From contig LSRY02000003.1 in the NCBI GenBank assembly GCA_001643675.2, positions 1,488,001 through 1,552,000 on the forward strand: a DNA stretch of 64,000 bases, in the 5' to 3' direction. Below, piece after piece: positions 36,890 to 51,268 of this stretch (positions are counted from its first letter, which is position 1; every line of letters starts with the position of its first letter). Source of the DNA: Monocercomonoides exilis PA203. Lineage: Eukaryota; Protista; Preaxostyla. The position numbers and the translations under genes were made by a program. A model generated the notes under the pieces. It was not told the origin of the DNA. It made no database searches and saw nothing but the letters and a program-made list of their open reading frames with translations.

Positions 36890-37102
36890 ATATTTTTCAA
36901 TTTTTGAATTTTTGTGAAAAGATCTGGAGTGTTTTGTTTTATTTTTAAGATCAAAGACTTGCTTGTATTTCAACGAGCTTTTTGTTTTGAAAGTTTTAAG
37001 CTATTTTATCGTTTATAAACTTAATTTCTTTATTATTTTGGTTATTTTTCATTGTTTTACACTTCGTTTTTTCATTATTTTTTGCATTTCACAAAATTTC
37101 GA

Positions 37103-37385
37103 TAATATTATTCAAAAAGAAAATTTTTGTTGTCTTGTTTTTATAAGTTGAATAATAGTTATAAAACTGATTGAAATGTGGATCATCAAGATTTTTAAAT
37201 GAGAGAATGCGATTTGAAGAAAATGAAACATCAATACACATTTATAAGATTTTTGAATAACAATCACGATCATTTTTAATTCAAGTTTTTCCTCATATTT
37301 GATTCATTTGTGAATAGATAATTTTCGTGTTTCTGCTATTTAAATAACAAAAAATCTTATATCTTCAAATGGATTCTTCAATTTC
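37103..37385. other. Non-palindromic spacer of P2 (283 bp)
   Basis: Pairing ends at 37102/37386. No visible similarity to the P1/P3 spacers. Confidence 0.85.
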
Positions 37386-38684
37386 TCGAAATTTTGTGAA
37401 ATGCAAAAAATAATAAAAATACGAAATGTTAAACAATGAAATATAACCAAAATAATAAAGAAATTAAGTTTATAAACGATAAAATAGCTTAAAACTTTCA
37501 AAACAAAAAGCTCGTTGAAATACAAGCAAGTCTTTGATCTTAAAAATAAAACAAAACACTCCAGATCTTTTCACAATAATTCAAAAATTGAAAAATATTA
37601 ACTGAAATAGCATATTGTAATATTTTGAAGGTTTCCTGTTATTTGCTTTCTTCTAAAAATGCTCTGGAGAGCCAGAAATTTTAGGTACCGATAAAAAAAG
37701 GGGTTTGATAAATTGCTGACCCAACATAAACAATTTGTTGATTTTTTGAAATACGTTTGAAGTCACAAAACATTATGCCAATATATCAATGATGCCTTAT
37801 TGCAGATATGAAGGTTCAATTTATTTTGAAATCTGTTAAAGTTTAATAATGTTGTGAGCGAAACAATTTTTTTATGCTTTGTGATAAAAAAAAAAAGCTT
37901 TATTGTCCGTATTTTCTCCCATAAGATGAAAAATACACTTTGATATTTCACATCCAATAATGGCTATTGTTTATTTTTAAAAAAAAGTTTGTTATTGAAA
38001 ACAAAGGAAGAAAAGATTTAATTAAAAAGAAGAAAATAATTCTTGAATCAAATTTAAAAATTCTCAGCATCGTTTATTTTTTGAAACACAAAATATCTTA
38101 AGATAAGTCGTTGGCATGACCAGAAAATGGGGAAAATATTATTTCCTTTTTGAAAATAAAAAACCATTATTTGTTCCAAACAAATTCTGCTTTCAAATCA
38201 TCATAACTATAACATTTTTAAATAAAAAAGTTGAAAAATTGAAAAATTATCTGTTAACGAAAAGGTTCAAAAATGCTGGTTGGAACAAAATTTTGAAAGC
38301 AATAGATTTGATCCCGAATACTCATTAGAGCATGTTACACTTCAAATAAAGTTTTTTATGTTTTTTATTTTTTATTTTTATTTTCAACAATTGAACCCAA
38401 CTTCAAAAAAGCAAAAAAGTTCAGTTTGGTGAAATGAAAATTAGATTTAATAATTCAAACAAAGAAAACTTCAATGAACAATTTTATTTATTCGATTGAA
38501 CATGAAATCTATAAAAAAATAATTTGAAAAAAAAAGGCTGTTGATTTCTAACTTTGTCACAGTTTTTGCTTTTTTTTTGTTATATTCCAAAAAATCTTCA
38601 TTGCTCCAAACACAAACATAAAAGTTGTTTCAATGAAACACATCACATTCCTAACTTCTTTTCATTTATTCGACTTCTTTCTCG

Positions 38685-39923
38685 ATCCATCCAACCCTTC
38701 CATCTCTTCCCTCACACTCACTCAATTCATTCATCTCAACCACTTCTTCCTCTTCCTCTTCTTCCACTTCCGCAAACACCAATGCCAATTCAATCTCCTC
38801 CTTCTTCCTTCACTCATCTCTCTCCATCCACTCATCCATCTTCCTCCATTCCCACAACCCCATCGATGGAGCCATCCTCCCTTCCCTCAACAGCCCTTCT
38901 ACTTCCCTCTCTGCCTTCAACACCTCTTTTCTTCGCCAAACACGCTCTTCACCAAATGCTGCTGTTGTACATGTTGGATCTGAATCTCAAAGAGTGAAAC
39001 TTGGAAGACTGGATTCCTTTGATGTTAACAGCCATAAATTTGAATGGTGTGAATGGAATGATTCAACTGGTGGATCAAGTGATGGAGGAGCGCTTTATGT
39101 TAACCGCGCAAATGCAAATCTCACAATCACTTCTTGTTCATTCAACAATTGCTACTGCACAGGAAACGGTTATGGTGGAGCGTTATACTGTTACAGTTTG
39201 TTAAATCTCAACTTCACCAAATCCAATTTCACAAGTTGTTCTGCTTTACATGGAGGAGCGAATTGTTTATCTACTCCACAATCAAATTCTGTTTGGACAT
39301 TCTCAGAAAACAGAGTGGAAAGTTGTTCAATCACAAACTGGTGCGGAACTGGTTGGTTTTTTGCTATCAGCACCTTATCTTCAAACGGTCAATTTTTGTT
39401 TTCCAAATGCAAGTGTATCGCAAATTCTGGTGGTGATTCTGCTGGTTCTCTCACATTCAATTGGCCTCCTCAAGTGAAGCCAAATCAATTTTTGATTGAT
39501 GATTGCCAGTTTATAAACAACAAATTGACAAGTTCGTCAACACGCGGCGGAGCTGGAATTTTTACTGAAGTGACATTTCCCTGGATGAGCGGGCTAAAAT
39601 TCATCACTTTCTGTTTCTTCGATGGCAATTCCGCAACGAATGGCAGAGGGAATGACGCGTTCTTCAGTGGAAGCAGCATCACACAATCTCCATTCCAGCA
39701 ATGTGGCTCAACGACTCCATCAAAAAGAGTGTGGAATCAAGGAACAGCTGATAATACCGAGTACAATGGCTGGCTCTCTCATCTTTTCTTAACTAATTCT
39801 TCTAACAAAAAGCTTTTCTCACTATATTTTCTTTTCCAATTTTATTTTTATTTTATTTTTTCCCCTCGCTTCTCCTCATATTCCTTCTTTTCTCTCGTTA
39901 ATCATATTTTTAATTTCTTCTGA
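38685..39923 (+). pseudogene. Cassette type F, right-arm copy
   Basis: Open frame after TAA at 38652 with no upstream ATG or signal peptide. Family similarity ends at EYNGWL. Confidence 0.75.
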
Positions 39924-40510
39924 ATTGCATCTCCCTGCCTTGTTTGTTGTTGTTTCTTTATTCAAATTTATCCTCTGTTTATCCAAATGCTTTTCTTTGC
40001 GTTAATTGCTGATTCCTTCTCTTCTCAAATTTAATTTCCAACCCGAATCTTCTCTCCTTCCATCTTCGTCTTTTCATTCAAAAAATTTGCATAATCCTTC
40101 TAATCCATTTTCTTTCTGAATCCTCTTTCAAAATAGACTCTTCATTTGCTTTCTTTTTCGCCTCTTCTCTCATTCTTCTTCCTCTAAATTTTATTTGAAA
40201 GTTTTTCCTTCAACTGCAAAATTTTTTCGTTTCTTCTTCGTTTCTCTTATCATCTCTGCGGCTGAAGCAATTGATGAAGAATTAAAAATTGGGAAGTGAA
40301 TGATAAAGTCGAAGAAGAAATTGTGTGACATGTTGTTGATATGTTTGAAGGAGAAGGAGAAGAAGAAGGTCAATGAATGAGACAATAAATTGCTAAATTG
40401 TGAGGGCAAATGATAACAAATAAAAACAGAGAGTTTCGGAGAAATCATTTTTTCTGGTTTTCTTCTTTCATTTTTGTGTGTTTTTCTTGCAAGTGAAATA
40501 CTTCTATTAA

Positions 40511-42754
40511 ACCATCTTCCTCCACACTCACAATCCCATCAATGGTGCCATCCTTCCCAACCTCAACAGCCCATCCACTTCTCTCTCTGCCTTCAATGCT
40601 TCTTTTCTCCACCAAACACACTCTTCACCAAATGATCCTGTTGAATATATTGGATCTGAATCTCAAAGAAAAGAATTAAGTAGATTGTCCTTTACTGCTT
40701 TGAATAGCTATCAATTTGAGTGGTGTGAATGGAATGATTCAAGCAGTGGATCAAGTGTTGGCGGTGCACTTTATGTTAGTTGTACAAATGCAAATCTCAC
40801 GATTACTTCTTGCTCATTCGATAATTGTTCAAATACGAATCATGGAGGAGCGTTATATTGCGATTATTTGTTAAAAGTTGATATCGCAAAATCCAATTTC
40901 ACAAGCTGTTCAGCTGCTCATGCAGGAGCTGCTTATTTGTATTGCAATCAACCTAATTCTGTTTGGACATTCTCAGATAACAGAGTGGAAAGTTGCTCAA
41001 TAACAGATTGGTGTGGAACTGGTTGGTACTTTTCCCTCTATTACATGCCCTCAGATGCTCAATTCCTGTTTTCCAAATGCAAGTGCATCTCAAATTCTGG
41101 AAAAGATTCTGCTGGTTCTTTAACATTTTATAATCCTCCACAAAATAAACCAAGTCAATTTTCAATCAATGAGTGCCAGTTCATTAATAACAAATTGACT
41201 GCTTCTTCGACATATGGAGGTGCTGCAATGTGTTTTTATCCTCCTTTTTCATGGATGGATGGAGTAAAATTCATCACATTCTGCTTCTTCGATGGCAACA
41301 CTGCAACTAATGGAAGGGGAAACGATGTGTTCTTTTACGGAAGTGATATCACTCAATCTCCATTCGAGAATTGTGGCTCAACAACTCCAACAAAAAGAGT
41401 GTATAATAATGGACAAGATGATAACGCTGTGTATAATGGCTGGCTCCCCCTCATCGCCCAGAACAAAATCGTTGCCAGCAATGGAACTGATGCTGATGCC
41501 TGTGGCAGACCCCAACAAACCCCATGTGCCACCATCGAGTATGCCCTCACCGGATTCATTTCCCTCCTCCAAGACGCCTCCCTCACCCTCCTCACCTCAA
41601 TATTTGTTCCTTCTCAAACACTCACTTTCAGCGCGGTTGACACTAAAATCACTGGAAATGGCACAACTGCCACCACCATCGCCTCCAGTGGCATTCCTCA
41701 ACCACAAAACTCACATTCACACTCATCACAATCAACATCATCTCTTTCATCATTTTCATCATTTTCATCATTATCAACATCTTCTTCACTAGATCCATCT
41801 GCCTCGTCTGCCCTCTTCCAACAAACACAGGGCTCCCTCACAGTCTCTGCCCTCGCCATCGCCCACAACTCATCAAACCCCATCACCCCCATCCTCTTCC
41901 ACCTCTCCGGTAACTCCCCTTCCCTCAACCTCAACACAACCACCATCACCGGAACAACCTCCATAACAATCAAAACACCCCTCTTCTTCCTCACTGCTGG
42001 CTCCCTCTCCCTCAACCACACAGCAATCACCAGTCTCCCCCTCAACAGCCAAAGCATCTTCCACCTCACCTCCCTCACAAATCCTCTCACCCTCAACTCC
42101 TCCAACATCACCGGCATCACCTCCACTACCACCCCCACCAGTTGTGTCCTCTCCTCTGCCACCTCCCCTGCCCTCTCCCTCTCCCTCGCCAACTGCACCA
42201 TCACCAGTATCAACTCAGAACAGTTGAGCCAACAAACTGCCACCAATGGCGGGTGCATCTCATTCGCCTCATCTTCCACTGCCAACACATTTTCTGTGAG
42301 GAACTCCACCTTCTCCAGCTGCTCTGTGAGCGATGATACAAGTTCTGGAGGAAGAGGCGGTGCTCTCATGATCGAGTACAACGATGATTCAGAAGTGTCA
42401 TCCACAACCTTTTCCATCACCAATATCGTGTTTTCAGCCAACAAGGCCAGTGTCGGAAGAGATGTGTATTTTGTGTGTGAATCATTTGTCGCTTCTGTGA
42501 AAGAGCCCTTGTTCGCCTTCATGGGAAACATCACTCAGAAAGACAACTCGGTTGTTGGACATGACAGAACAGAAGCATTCGGTGATTGGAATGTCGATTT
42601 GTTCATATTTCTCAACGGGCATTCAGCTTATGACGAACATATGGAAAACATACTTGGCATCAAAGCAATGCGTTGTTGGCTATCAAAGATGCCCTGCAAG
42701 AGCACACGCAATGCAATGGGCTTTCTGAAGAAGGTGAAGAAAGTTGGTAAATAA
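40511..42754 (+). pseudogene. Cassette type E: variable domain plus ~360-aa C-terminal Ser/Thr-rich beta-helix-like extension; lacks start and signal peptide
   Basis: 689-aa ORF with an in-frame TAA at 40508 directly before TIFLHTHNPING. Extension contains NGGCI, GRGGAL and FSANKASVGRDVYF. Confidence 0.75.
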
Positions 42755-43687
42755 TATTGAATGAGCAGACAAATTGTGAATTTATGTACAAATGAAGGCA
42801 AAGTCGAAGATATTTGAAGAGAAGGCACACAAAATAGAAGAAAACATCTCATATGTGCATTTGATGAAATCAACATTGCTTGTCGGGAATTTATTCTCTT
42901 CTTTCATAGAATTATCCATTAAATATGCCTTTTCAAATAAATATGTTTCCCTCATCGTTTCATCTTCTCCGACATATTGAAGGCGTGTGACGTTGTGTAA
43001 CCTGCCGAACGCTATTTTTGAGCTCATTCATTTCATAAAAGAATTGCTCTAATACTCTTTCTTTTTATCTGCGCCTCTTTCAGCTTCCAAATAAAAAAGG
43101 CAAAATCGTCCTCCTTTTTTGATTTCGCTCCGACTGATCAGCTTTTTTCGACTCGAAATCACCTCTATTGCTATTTAAATTTGGCTACATTTTGTAATAG
43201 AATGAATAATCCTTTTGTGCTTCCGAAAAGAAAATAAAAGACGAGGCTTATCCCTGAATTTGACGAAAGTTGAATGAAACGAATGCAAAAACATTTTTTG
43301 TTTCTAATCGAAGAAGAAGAAGTCAATTTGAATGAAATGAATCGTCCAGATGGCTTTTTTCTCATCAGAATAATGAATGAAAAATGAAATGAAGGCGCAT
43401 TTGGTGAACGGTCGTTGAGAGGAAGAAATATGAATGTAATAATTTTTGGATCACATGGCGGCTCTGCCAAATAGAATGACATAAAGGCATTTGAAGGTCG
43501 ATGCTCTGTTTCAACTCGAAATGAGATCAAGAAACAAAGAAGAAGGTGAAGAAGGTGAAGAAGAAGGCAACGATGACTGAATTGAAGAAATGATTGGACA
43601 CTGTGGATTGTGAAAATAAATAAAAACCAACAACAATGGAGATGTTAGCTGAAATCATTTTTTCTTGTTTTCTTCTTCCATTTTTGC

Positions 43688-44911
43688 GTGTTCTTCGGGC
43701 AAATAAAATCCTCCGTCTCACCCCTCTCTGTCCACTCAACCCTCTTCCTCCACACCCACAACCCTATCGATGGTTCCATCCTTCCCAACCTCAACAGCCC
43801 ATCCACTTCTCTCTCTACCTTCAATGTTTCTTTTCTCCACCAAACACGCTCTTCACCAAATGCTGCTGTTGTGCATGTTGGAACTGAATCTCAAAGAGCT
43901 AAACCTGGAAGACTGGATTCCTTTGATGTTAACAGTCATCGCTTTGAATGGTGCGAATGGAATGATTCAAATAGTGGAAGTGATTGGGGCGGAGCACTTC
44001 ATGTCGAGTGCACAAACGCAAATCTCACAATCACTTCTTGTTCTTTTTTCAATTGCTCAACAAGCGATCATGCAGGAGCGTTGTTTTGCGGAAATTTGTT
44101 AAAAATTGATATCATAAAATCCAATTTCTCAAATTGTACAGCTGCCCATGGCGGAGCGAATTGTATAGCTTGGCCACAATCAAATTCTGATTGGATATTC
44201 TCAGAAAACAGAGTGGAAAGTTGTTCAATAACAAACTGGTGCGGAACTGGTTGGTTTTTTGCCCTTGACGACATGCCACCAGATGCAAAATTTTTGTTCA
44301 AAAATTGTGTATGTGTTGCAAATACTGGTGGTGATGCGGCTGGAGCAGTAACATTCAATTGGCTTCCGCCACAAAAACCAAATCAGTGCTTGCTCCACGA
44401 GTGTCAGTTCATCGGCAATAAAGTCGAAAATCCAACTATCTACGGTGGTGCCGCGCTGTGCTGCACAAGAACATATGATTGGATGAATGGAGTAAAATTC
44501 ATCGCATTCTGCTTTTTCGATGGAAATACAGCAGAAAATGGCAGGGGCAATGATGTGTTTTTCAATGGCAGCAGCATCACTCAATCTCCATTCCAGCAAT
44601 GCGGTTCAACAACAGAATCAAAAAGAGTGTGGAACAACAATACAGCTGAAAACGCTGAATATAATGGCTGGCTTCCAATCATCAGCCAGAACAAAATCGT
44701 TGCCAGCAATGGAAGTGATGTTGATGCCTGTGGCAAAGCACAGCAAAGCCCATGCGCCACAGTGGAGTATGCTCTCGGATGCATTGCTCCCTTCAGCGAT
44801 GCCTCCCCCTCTCTTCTCATCTCCACTTTCACTCCCACAAACACTCTCACATTCTGCGCGGTCGATACAAAATTCACTGTATGCGATATTATTTTTCTAA
44901 TTCTCATATAA
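43688..44911 (+). pseudogene. Cassette type D, right-arm copy (407-aa open frame, GTG start only)
   Basis: Family motifs throughout. Homology begins at ~43706. Confidence 0.75.
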
Positions 44912-47900
44912 ATTTCTTCTAATTCTGATGGCTTTTCATTTCACTTTGCATTCATGAATTTTCATCTTCTTTTCAACAAGAGAACATATCATCACTTTTC
45001 TTTTGAGAAGTCTCACATCGGATCGCATTAAACATATTTCTTTGTCATTTCTTCATCTAATTTTTTCTTTTCATCAAATGCAAATTCCGCTTGTTGCTTT
45101 TAGGAATGCTTTCTATTATTCTTCTCTTCAAAATGCATTTCTTCAAGCATATCAGAAAGCTCTTCAAAACTTTCAATTTCTTTTGCCATTCCCATTTCTC
45201 CTTTTTTGAGCGCTGCAGACGCACTTATTTCATAGAATTATCCTTCGATTATTGATCTTCCTAAAACAACCGCTTTCTCTTTTTGTTTCATCTTCTGTGA
45301 TATGTTGAAGGCGCATGTAATAATGCAACCTCTCGAAGATCATCCACATAATCGTTCGTTCCAAATAACGTCTTCTGCCCTGCTCCTTTTGTTTTCTGTG
45401 AATTCTTTCAGCTTCCAAATGAAAAAAAGTCAGATTCAACCTTCATGGATTGTGCACCCGATGATCGGCTTTTCTTAATTTGATATTGAATCACTTCCGT
45501 TGACATATAATTTCAGCTGATATTCTGCGATAGAATAAATAATCCTTTTGTGCTTCCGAAAAGAAAATAAAAGATGACGCTTGGCCCTGAATTCGATGAG
45601 AATTTGAATGAAATGGAAATGACAATTTTTGTTGTTCGTCGAAGAAGGCTGGTGAAAAAGAATGAGAAGCAAGAACACAGAAATGAGCATCGTAATCCAT
45701 TTCGCACACCCCAACAATTGATACCTGTGGCGCAGGAACAGCCCTCACGAGGATGAGAAACTGAGCCCAACCACCTTGCCAATGCAAGTCCAGCAAATGT
45801 GTTGGTATTTTCGCTGCAACTCGAGAAGCTGATTGTGGATTTGTTGGCTTCGCTGTTCATGCTGGTTCACAGAACAAGAAATGATAAAGAAATCACAATT
45901 TTCATTTTGAAATGGACAGAACCCCCCGATGCTCGTTTCTTGTTCTGAGTCGCAAATGAGGGCGCTTCGCTCGTTTGAAGAGCAGGGGCCATGGTTTTTT
46001 TCTCTCTTCAAAATCCGACTCATTGCATTACATTGTCTTTCGAATAAAAACTTTTTGAATCGCACTTCGTTCAGACGACTTTTTTTATCAATTCTGGCAC
46101 TTCATCGACTTTAGTCTTTGCCATTGCCATAACATATTCCGATTATTCATCGGTAAATGAAAGCAACTGAGATTCTCTATCGCCCTTGCCCGATTTTGAG
46201 GATAATGAAGATAATATAAAAGGACTGCATGCAGCGGAAGACGTCTGAGCTGACGAACAGAACAGCAAAAAGTGCACCAAGAAAGACTGCTGTGGCATCG
46301 GCGTGTTTGATTCAGCGCGAGCGTTTGACGCTTCACGTCCTGTTTGCGGGATGCGAAATCGAGTCTGCAGAGCAAAGGATTTTTGATGGGGAATGGCCAG
46401 ATGCGAAGATTGCCCAATGTCCTGCTTTCCGCAATATTGCGATGAATTGCGTTTCTAATTGCAGCTGGGCTTTGTTCTCTTCTCAAGCTCATTACAAAGT
46501 TCGTTAGCCACTTTTTGCTTGAGGCAGCCGAATCTAACAGCCACGGGCTCAGTTGACTTCAAAAACGAGGCAATTAAGCTTGGCAAAACTAGATACAGAC
46601 TTGACACTGCGATTCCGAAATCAGAAAAGCTAACAGCAAAGCTCATGAACATTATAAACCTTTTTTTCTAAAGAAAAAAAAAAGAGTTTCTCTGATGGCT
46701 GCGTAAAACAAACAGCGGAGTTTGCTTTATGCCGAGCACTTAGCTTTTTTGGCTGTGTAGAATTCGCGCTCTCATCTTTGAAGTTCGCATTTTAAGGATT
46801 GGCTGCTTCCAGCTGGTAAATCGCAGAGTTTTTGGCATTTCATTTGTGTTTGCTTGGCATCATCATGAGCAGAACATGTCAAAAGTCTTCAGACAGATAA
46901 ATGATCTCTTGATTGGCTGTGCCATCAACATGCAGTTCCAATGTGTGCTCAATTGCTCGTTAAAAATTCGCAATAACGCATTTGGTGCATAAAGAGGGGG
47001 AAAAAGAATAATGCACAGGAAAATCTGCATTTCATTTCCCCCAAAACGAAACAACAGTGGCAATGGCAATAGCAGTGGCAATGGCAATGATGAAGACAGC
47101 AGCAAAAGCGTTTTCTTCAGAGCTGCAGTTTTCTTTCAATGGCACGAATCTCTTGTAAAATAAAACCATTTCCAGCGAGTGATGCTTCTTTCCCACCAAA
47201 AAAATATATAATAACTGCATTGACCATGTGCCAATGCTTCAAACAGGAATTTCATCAGAACGAAAATGGCACAGCCCTTGCCCAATCTTCCATGCAACCC
47301 TCTTTATAATTGTTTCTGCCTTTGATCGAACTTTCCAGGGGGGAAAAAAGTGTAGCAAATGAAACAATATCGCATCAATTTGAATAAACCAGCTGCAAGC
47401 CCTTAAACACGAACCCTGAAACTTAAAATTAATAATTATGTCACACAAATCTAACCTCAGCATCCACACCTCCTTCCGCTTGTTCCGCTTGCGTTCTTTC
47501 TGATTGCCCAGATGCCCTTTTCCATTCGCATGCATCATCTGGTCAATGCTTTCCTGGACAATGCTCCTCGTATGTTGCGTCTCGGCAGCATTGCACTTGC
47601 CCTCAAACAGGCATGAAATTTCGTGGTTCACAACATGCTCCCCCCGACAGCCAAAACAGCAAAGGCCGAGATGACACGATGGCTTTTGGGTATGATGATC
47701 CTTTACAGCCGCACATAAGCTTCCATTTCGGTGAAAAGCATTGCAACCACCTTCTTGCTAAATTACAGCACCCCGGCTCATCTGCAATGCCTTTGAGCAA
47801 CTCCGGCTTTTTAGCTTGCACAGAGAAATACCAAAACTGTCTGAAAGCAGCAAGGCGATACGCTCGTTCAACAGAATTAGCATTTGCATTCAGTCGTGAG

Positions 47901-50205
47901 TGCCTTCTCCATCTCATCAACTGCATCCACACCCTTTTCATGAAACAAAAATCAACGTAATATTCTGGCTGTTGCTCCGCCACCAGGCAAAAATACTTCA
48001 TAATCTTCAATTTCCTTTTTCCTTTTTCTATTTATTTATTTTTTTCCCCTTTTCGTTTCGTTTCGTTTCGTTTCTGTCTCCAGCAAATGCTCAAGACTCG
48101 ATATGCCTTGTGAGCAAGCAACCCAAATTTGCACCGTTCATTTTTCCCCCCCTCTTTGCCCAATAGCCCGTCATTTCTTTGATCGAAAAATCGTTGAGGC
48201 AAAAAGAAATTAAGATCGACTGCCTTGGTATCTTCATTTGCTGCTCCATCTTTGTGCATCGTTGCAAATGGGTAACAGATGCACCCTTGGCGTTAGACTT
48301 CATAATTAGAGGACTCTGGAAATCTCCGCTTTTATTTCTTCATTTCGAAGCCTTTGAATATTTCTATGAAGCCAAAGGGATCGTCAAAAGGGGTTATCAT
48401 TTTCAAAAAAAAAAAAAAAAAGGAAAAAGAAAAAGAAAAAATGAGATATTGTTTAATAACGCTGGAATTAAACAAATGGAACACACAACGGATTAATTGA
48501 CCTCTGTCATATTCCTTTTTGGATCGCACGCTCGACAGAAATGAGCAATCGACATCTGCATTCGGCAAAAATGAATGAATGAACAAACAAACAAATAAAT
48601 GAATAAATAAATAAATAAATAATCATAATATTTGCCATTGCTTCAAACCTCTTCTTCTTCGTCTTCTTCTTCTTCCATCTTTCTTCATCCCTCTTTTTGC
48701 TTGTTCTCCCAACGAACATCCACGGCCGCTGCATGCCGGCAAGCTCAGAGAAGAAATGCCTGCCCCAACCCCCGCATCTGCTTTGCCATTTCTGCTTCTC
48801 TTTCCTTTTGATTTTCAATCCTCTCCCACACACATGCAACCCGCTCTCTATTCCATCTGTGCCTCCTCTGAAAAAAAAGACACTTCCACACTTTGCCCCG
48901 GCTGCTTTTTTTTTTTTTGGCCAGAAACCCCCACAAACAGTCCACCGCCATCTGATTCTGCTCCCCTCCCACCTCCAGAAGCATTCACACTTCATGCAAC
49001 GCGCACTGCTGAAACTGCAAATTCCCACAGGAAAAAAGGCTGCTTCCGAGGCAAGAAGGCGCAATCACCCACTTCCCGCAGTGCACAACCGTTTCACTCC
49101 ACCAACCATTCCGAAAGCACACAAACAGCACACACCAGCTTCCAATGCGCTGAACATGCAACTCCAAGCCCACCCGCCGTCTGCTTTCAGTCCTCTTCTT
49201 CGTTCTTCTTCAGTTGAATGATCTTCGCTGGCTCCTTCCTTTTCTTTTTTCCCTTTCGTCTGTCGCCTATCGCCATTCGTTCCTTCATTCCTTCTGTCCT
49301 TCCGTAAATTTCTCCATATTCACTTCCATTTGCCCAGCTTTCATTCCTGTTCCACACCGATCCTGCTTGAAGAGCAGATCCCTTCAATCAGATGCATCTC
49401 GCCCATCCCCTCTGCCCACCTTCTCCAATCAGCCCTGCCATCGTGGAAGAAGACTGCCCATCGAAGCATGGCCCAAAGAGAAGGCCAGCAGATGATCCCA
49501 CTCAACTCGGTTTCTGCTTCTTTCGCCTTTTCATAAACCTGCTGGCAAGCCTTGATGCGCTTCTTGAATGCTTCTCTGGAAAGGAATCTGGCATAAACCA
49601 AACAATACAGAAGAAAATATATGTTATAAAATAAAAAGGCTTTTTCCTTCAATAAAGAAATTTCACACATAAGGAAAAATAAATAAAATTAAATTAAATT
49701 AAAAAATATTTGTTATTTTCATTATTTGTCTCAAAAAAACAGAAATTTCGAGGAAACACACTTCACACACAAGCAACCCTTCTGGCCGCAACAAAGCACA
49801 AGCGCAGAGAAAAGCAAAGAAAATGTGTATTTTCATTGAATTCTTTCACAACTCCATCGTCGCCACGGCTGTTGCTGCATTGGCCAACATCCGCTCAACC
49901 CATTCTCTCTCGCTCTGCATCACATTATGGAATACACAAAAGCTTTCCATATCACTAACAAGCTATGTCAGCCAACTCACTTCCCTCTTCTTCTCTCCTT
50001 CTTTTTCCCTTCTTCTTATTCTTTTCACTCAACACAAAACAAACAATTTTCTCACCCAACTTCTTCATCGAATTTGCCTTTTTCCTCAATTACTGTCAAA
50101 TGATCAACTGATATTTACAACTGCTCCACATCTTCAGTCATTTCAATTCGACTTTTCACTGAAGAAATACTCAAACACTCATATTCTTTTCCTGCTGTAA
50201 CATTC

Positions 50206-51268
50206 TTATTTCTCGTGTATTCCAATGTTGCACAGCAGGCACGCAAAGTGAAAGCATTGTTCAGCATTTGTGAAAGGCGCCTCTCTGAAAAAAATCTCTG
50301 TCCATGTCTCCGCCTTCACAAACCTCAGCCCACTCATCCCAAGCGCCTCCACAACCAGTGGCGCCATCGCTTCTTCCAGCTTCCCCCGGTTCTCTTTGAT
50401 TCTCTCCACAAACTCTCTGTGCGCTGCCGGATACCCGCCTTTCACTTCATTCACATCACCTTCCTCTGCCTCTTCCCGCTCCTCCAGCACCACCAGCACA
50501 ATCTCCTCAGGCAACAGAACCATATCCTCCATCCTCAACCAAACCGCATCCATTCTCTTATCCACTTCACGCACTTCAATCCCTCGCCCCATCATTTCGT
50601 CGTCCAGTTTCACCTCCACACGCCTCGACTGTTGTGATCTCCATATCTGCAGCGACGGGTCAAACAGATCGTAGATCGACGGGAAAGCATTCGCGTCTGG
50701 CGCTGCAAAGATCCGCTTGCTCCCCGATTTCGTTCCCACAGACGCTGCAAGCGACGGAAGCGGTGCCACCAGCGGAACCGAAAGCATCGTCGAAAGCGCC
50801 ACATCGTGTGCACACACAACACCCCCATACAGCACCGCCCGCCGAGCCACAACAAATCATTCGAAGCGTCTGCAGCGCCCGTGGCGACAGCAGCTGCTGC
50901 AGCGACAGCGGCATGTGCCGCCCATACACCCCAGCCGCCTCTGGCACCACAATCCGCAGCCGCCTCTCGATATCATCCATCGCTCCTGCAGACGTGTATG
51001 ACGCAGCCACAGCCGACGCATCCGAAGGGTCAATCGCAGGTGCTGATGATGGCTTATCATCTCCTGTCACTTTCTTCTCTTCGCTTCTCCGCCTCCGGAA
51101 TTCTTTAGCAGACGAAGAAGACGAAGGCGCTGAGCGAAGAGACGACTGCTGCGCTGCCCTGGAAACAAGAAGCTTTTTGAAATAGGCTTTCGTGTCATGC
51201 AACAGCTCCTCTTATGACACAAACACAACATCCACATTCGGATCAGAAAGATCAACCAGCTGTGAAAG
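50206..51268 (-). pseudogene. IQCH: Mirror copy of the IQCH-like fragment
   Basis: ORFs identical to those at 23027-24023, with the same stop and frameshift. Confidence 0.7.
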
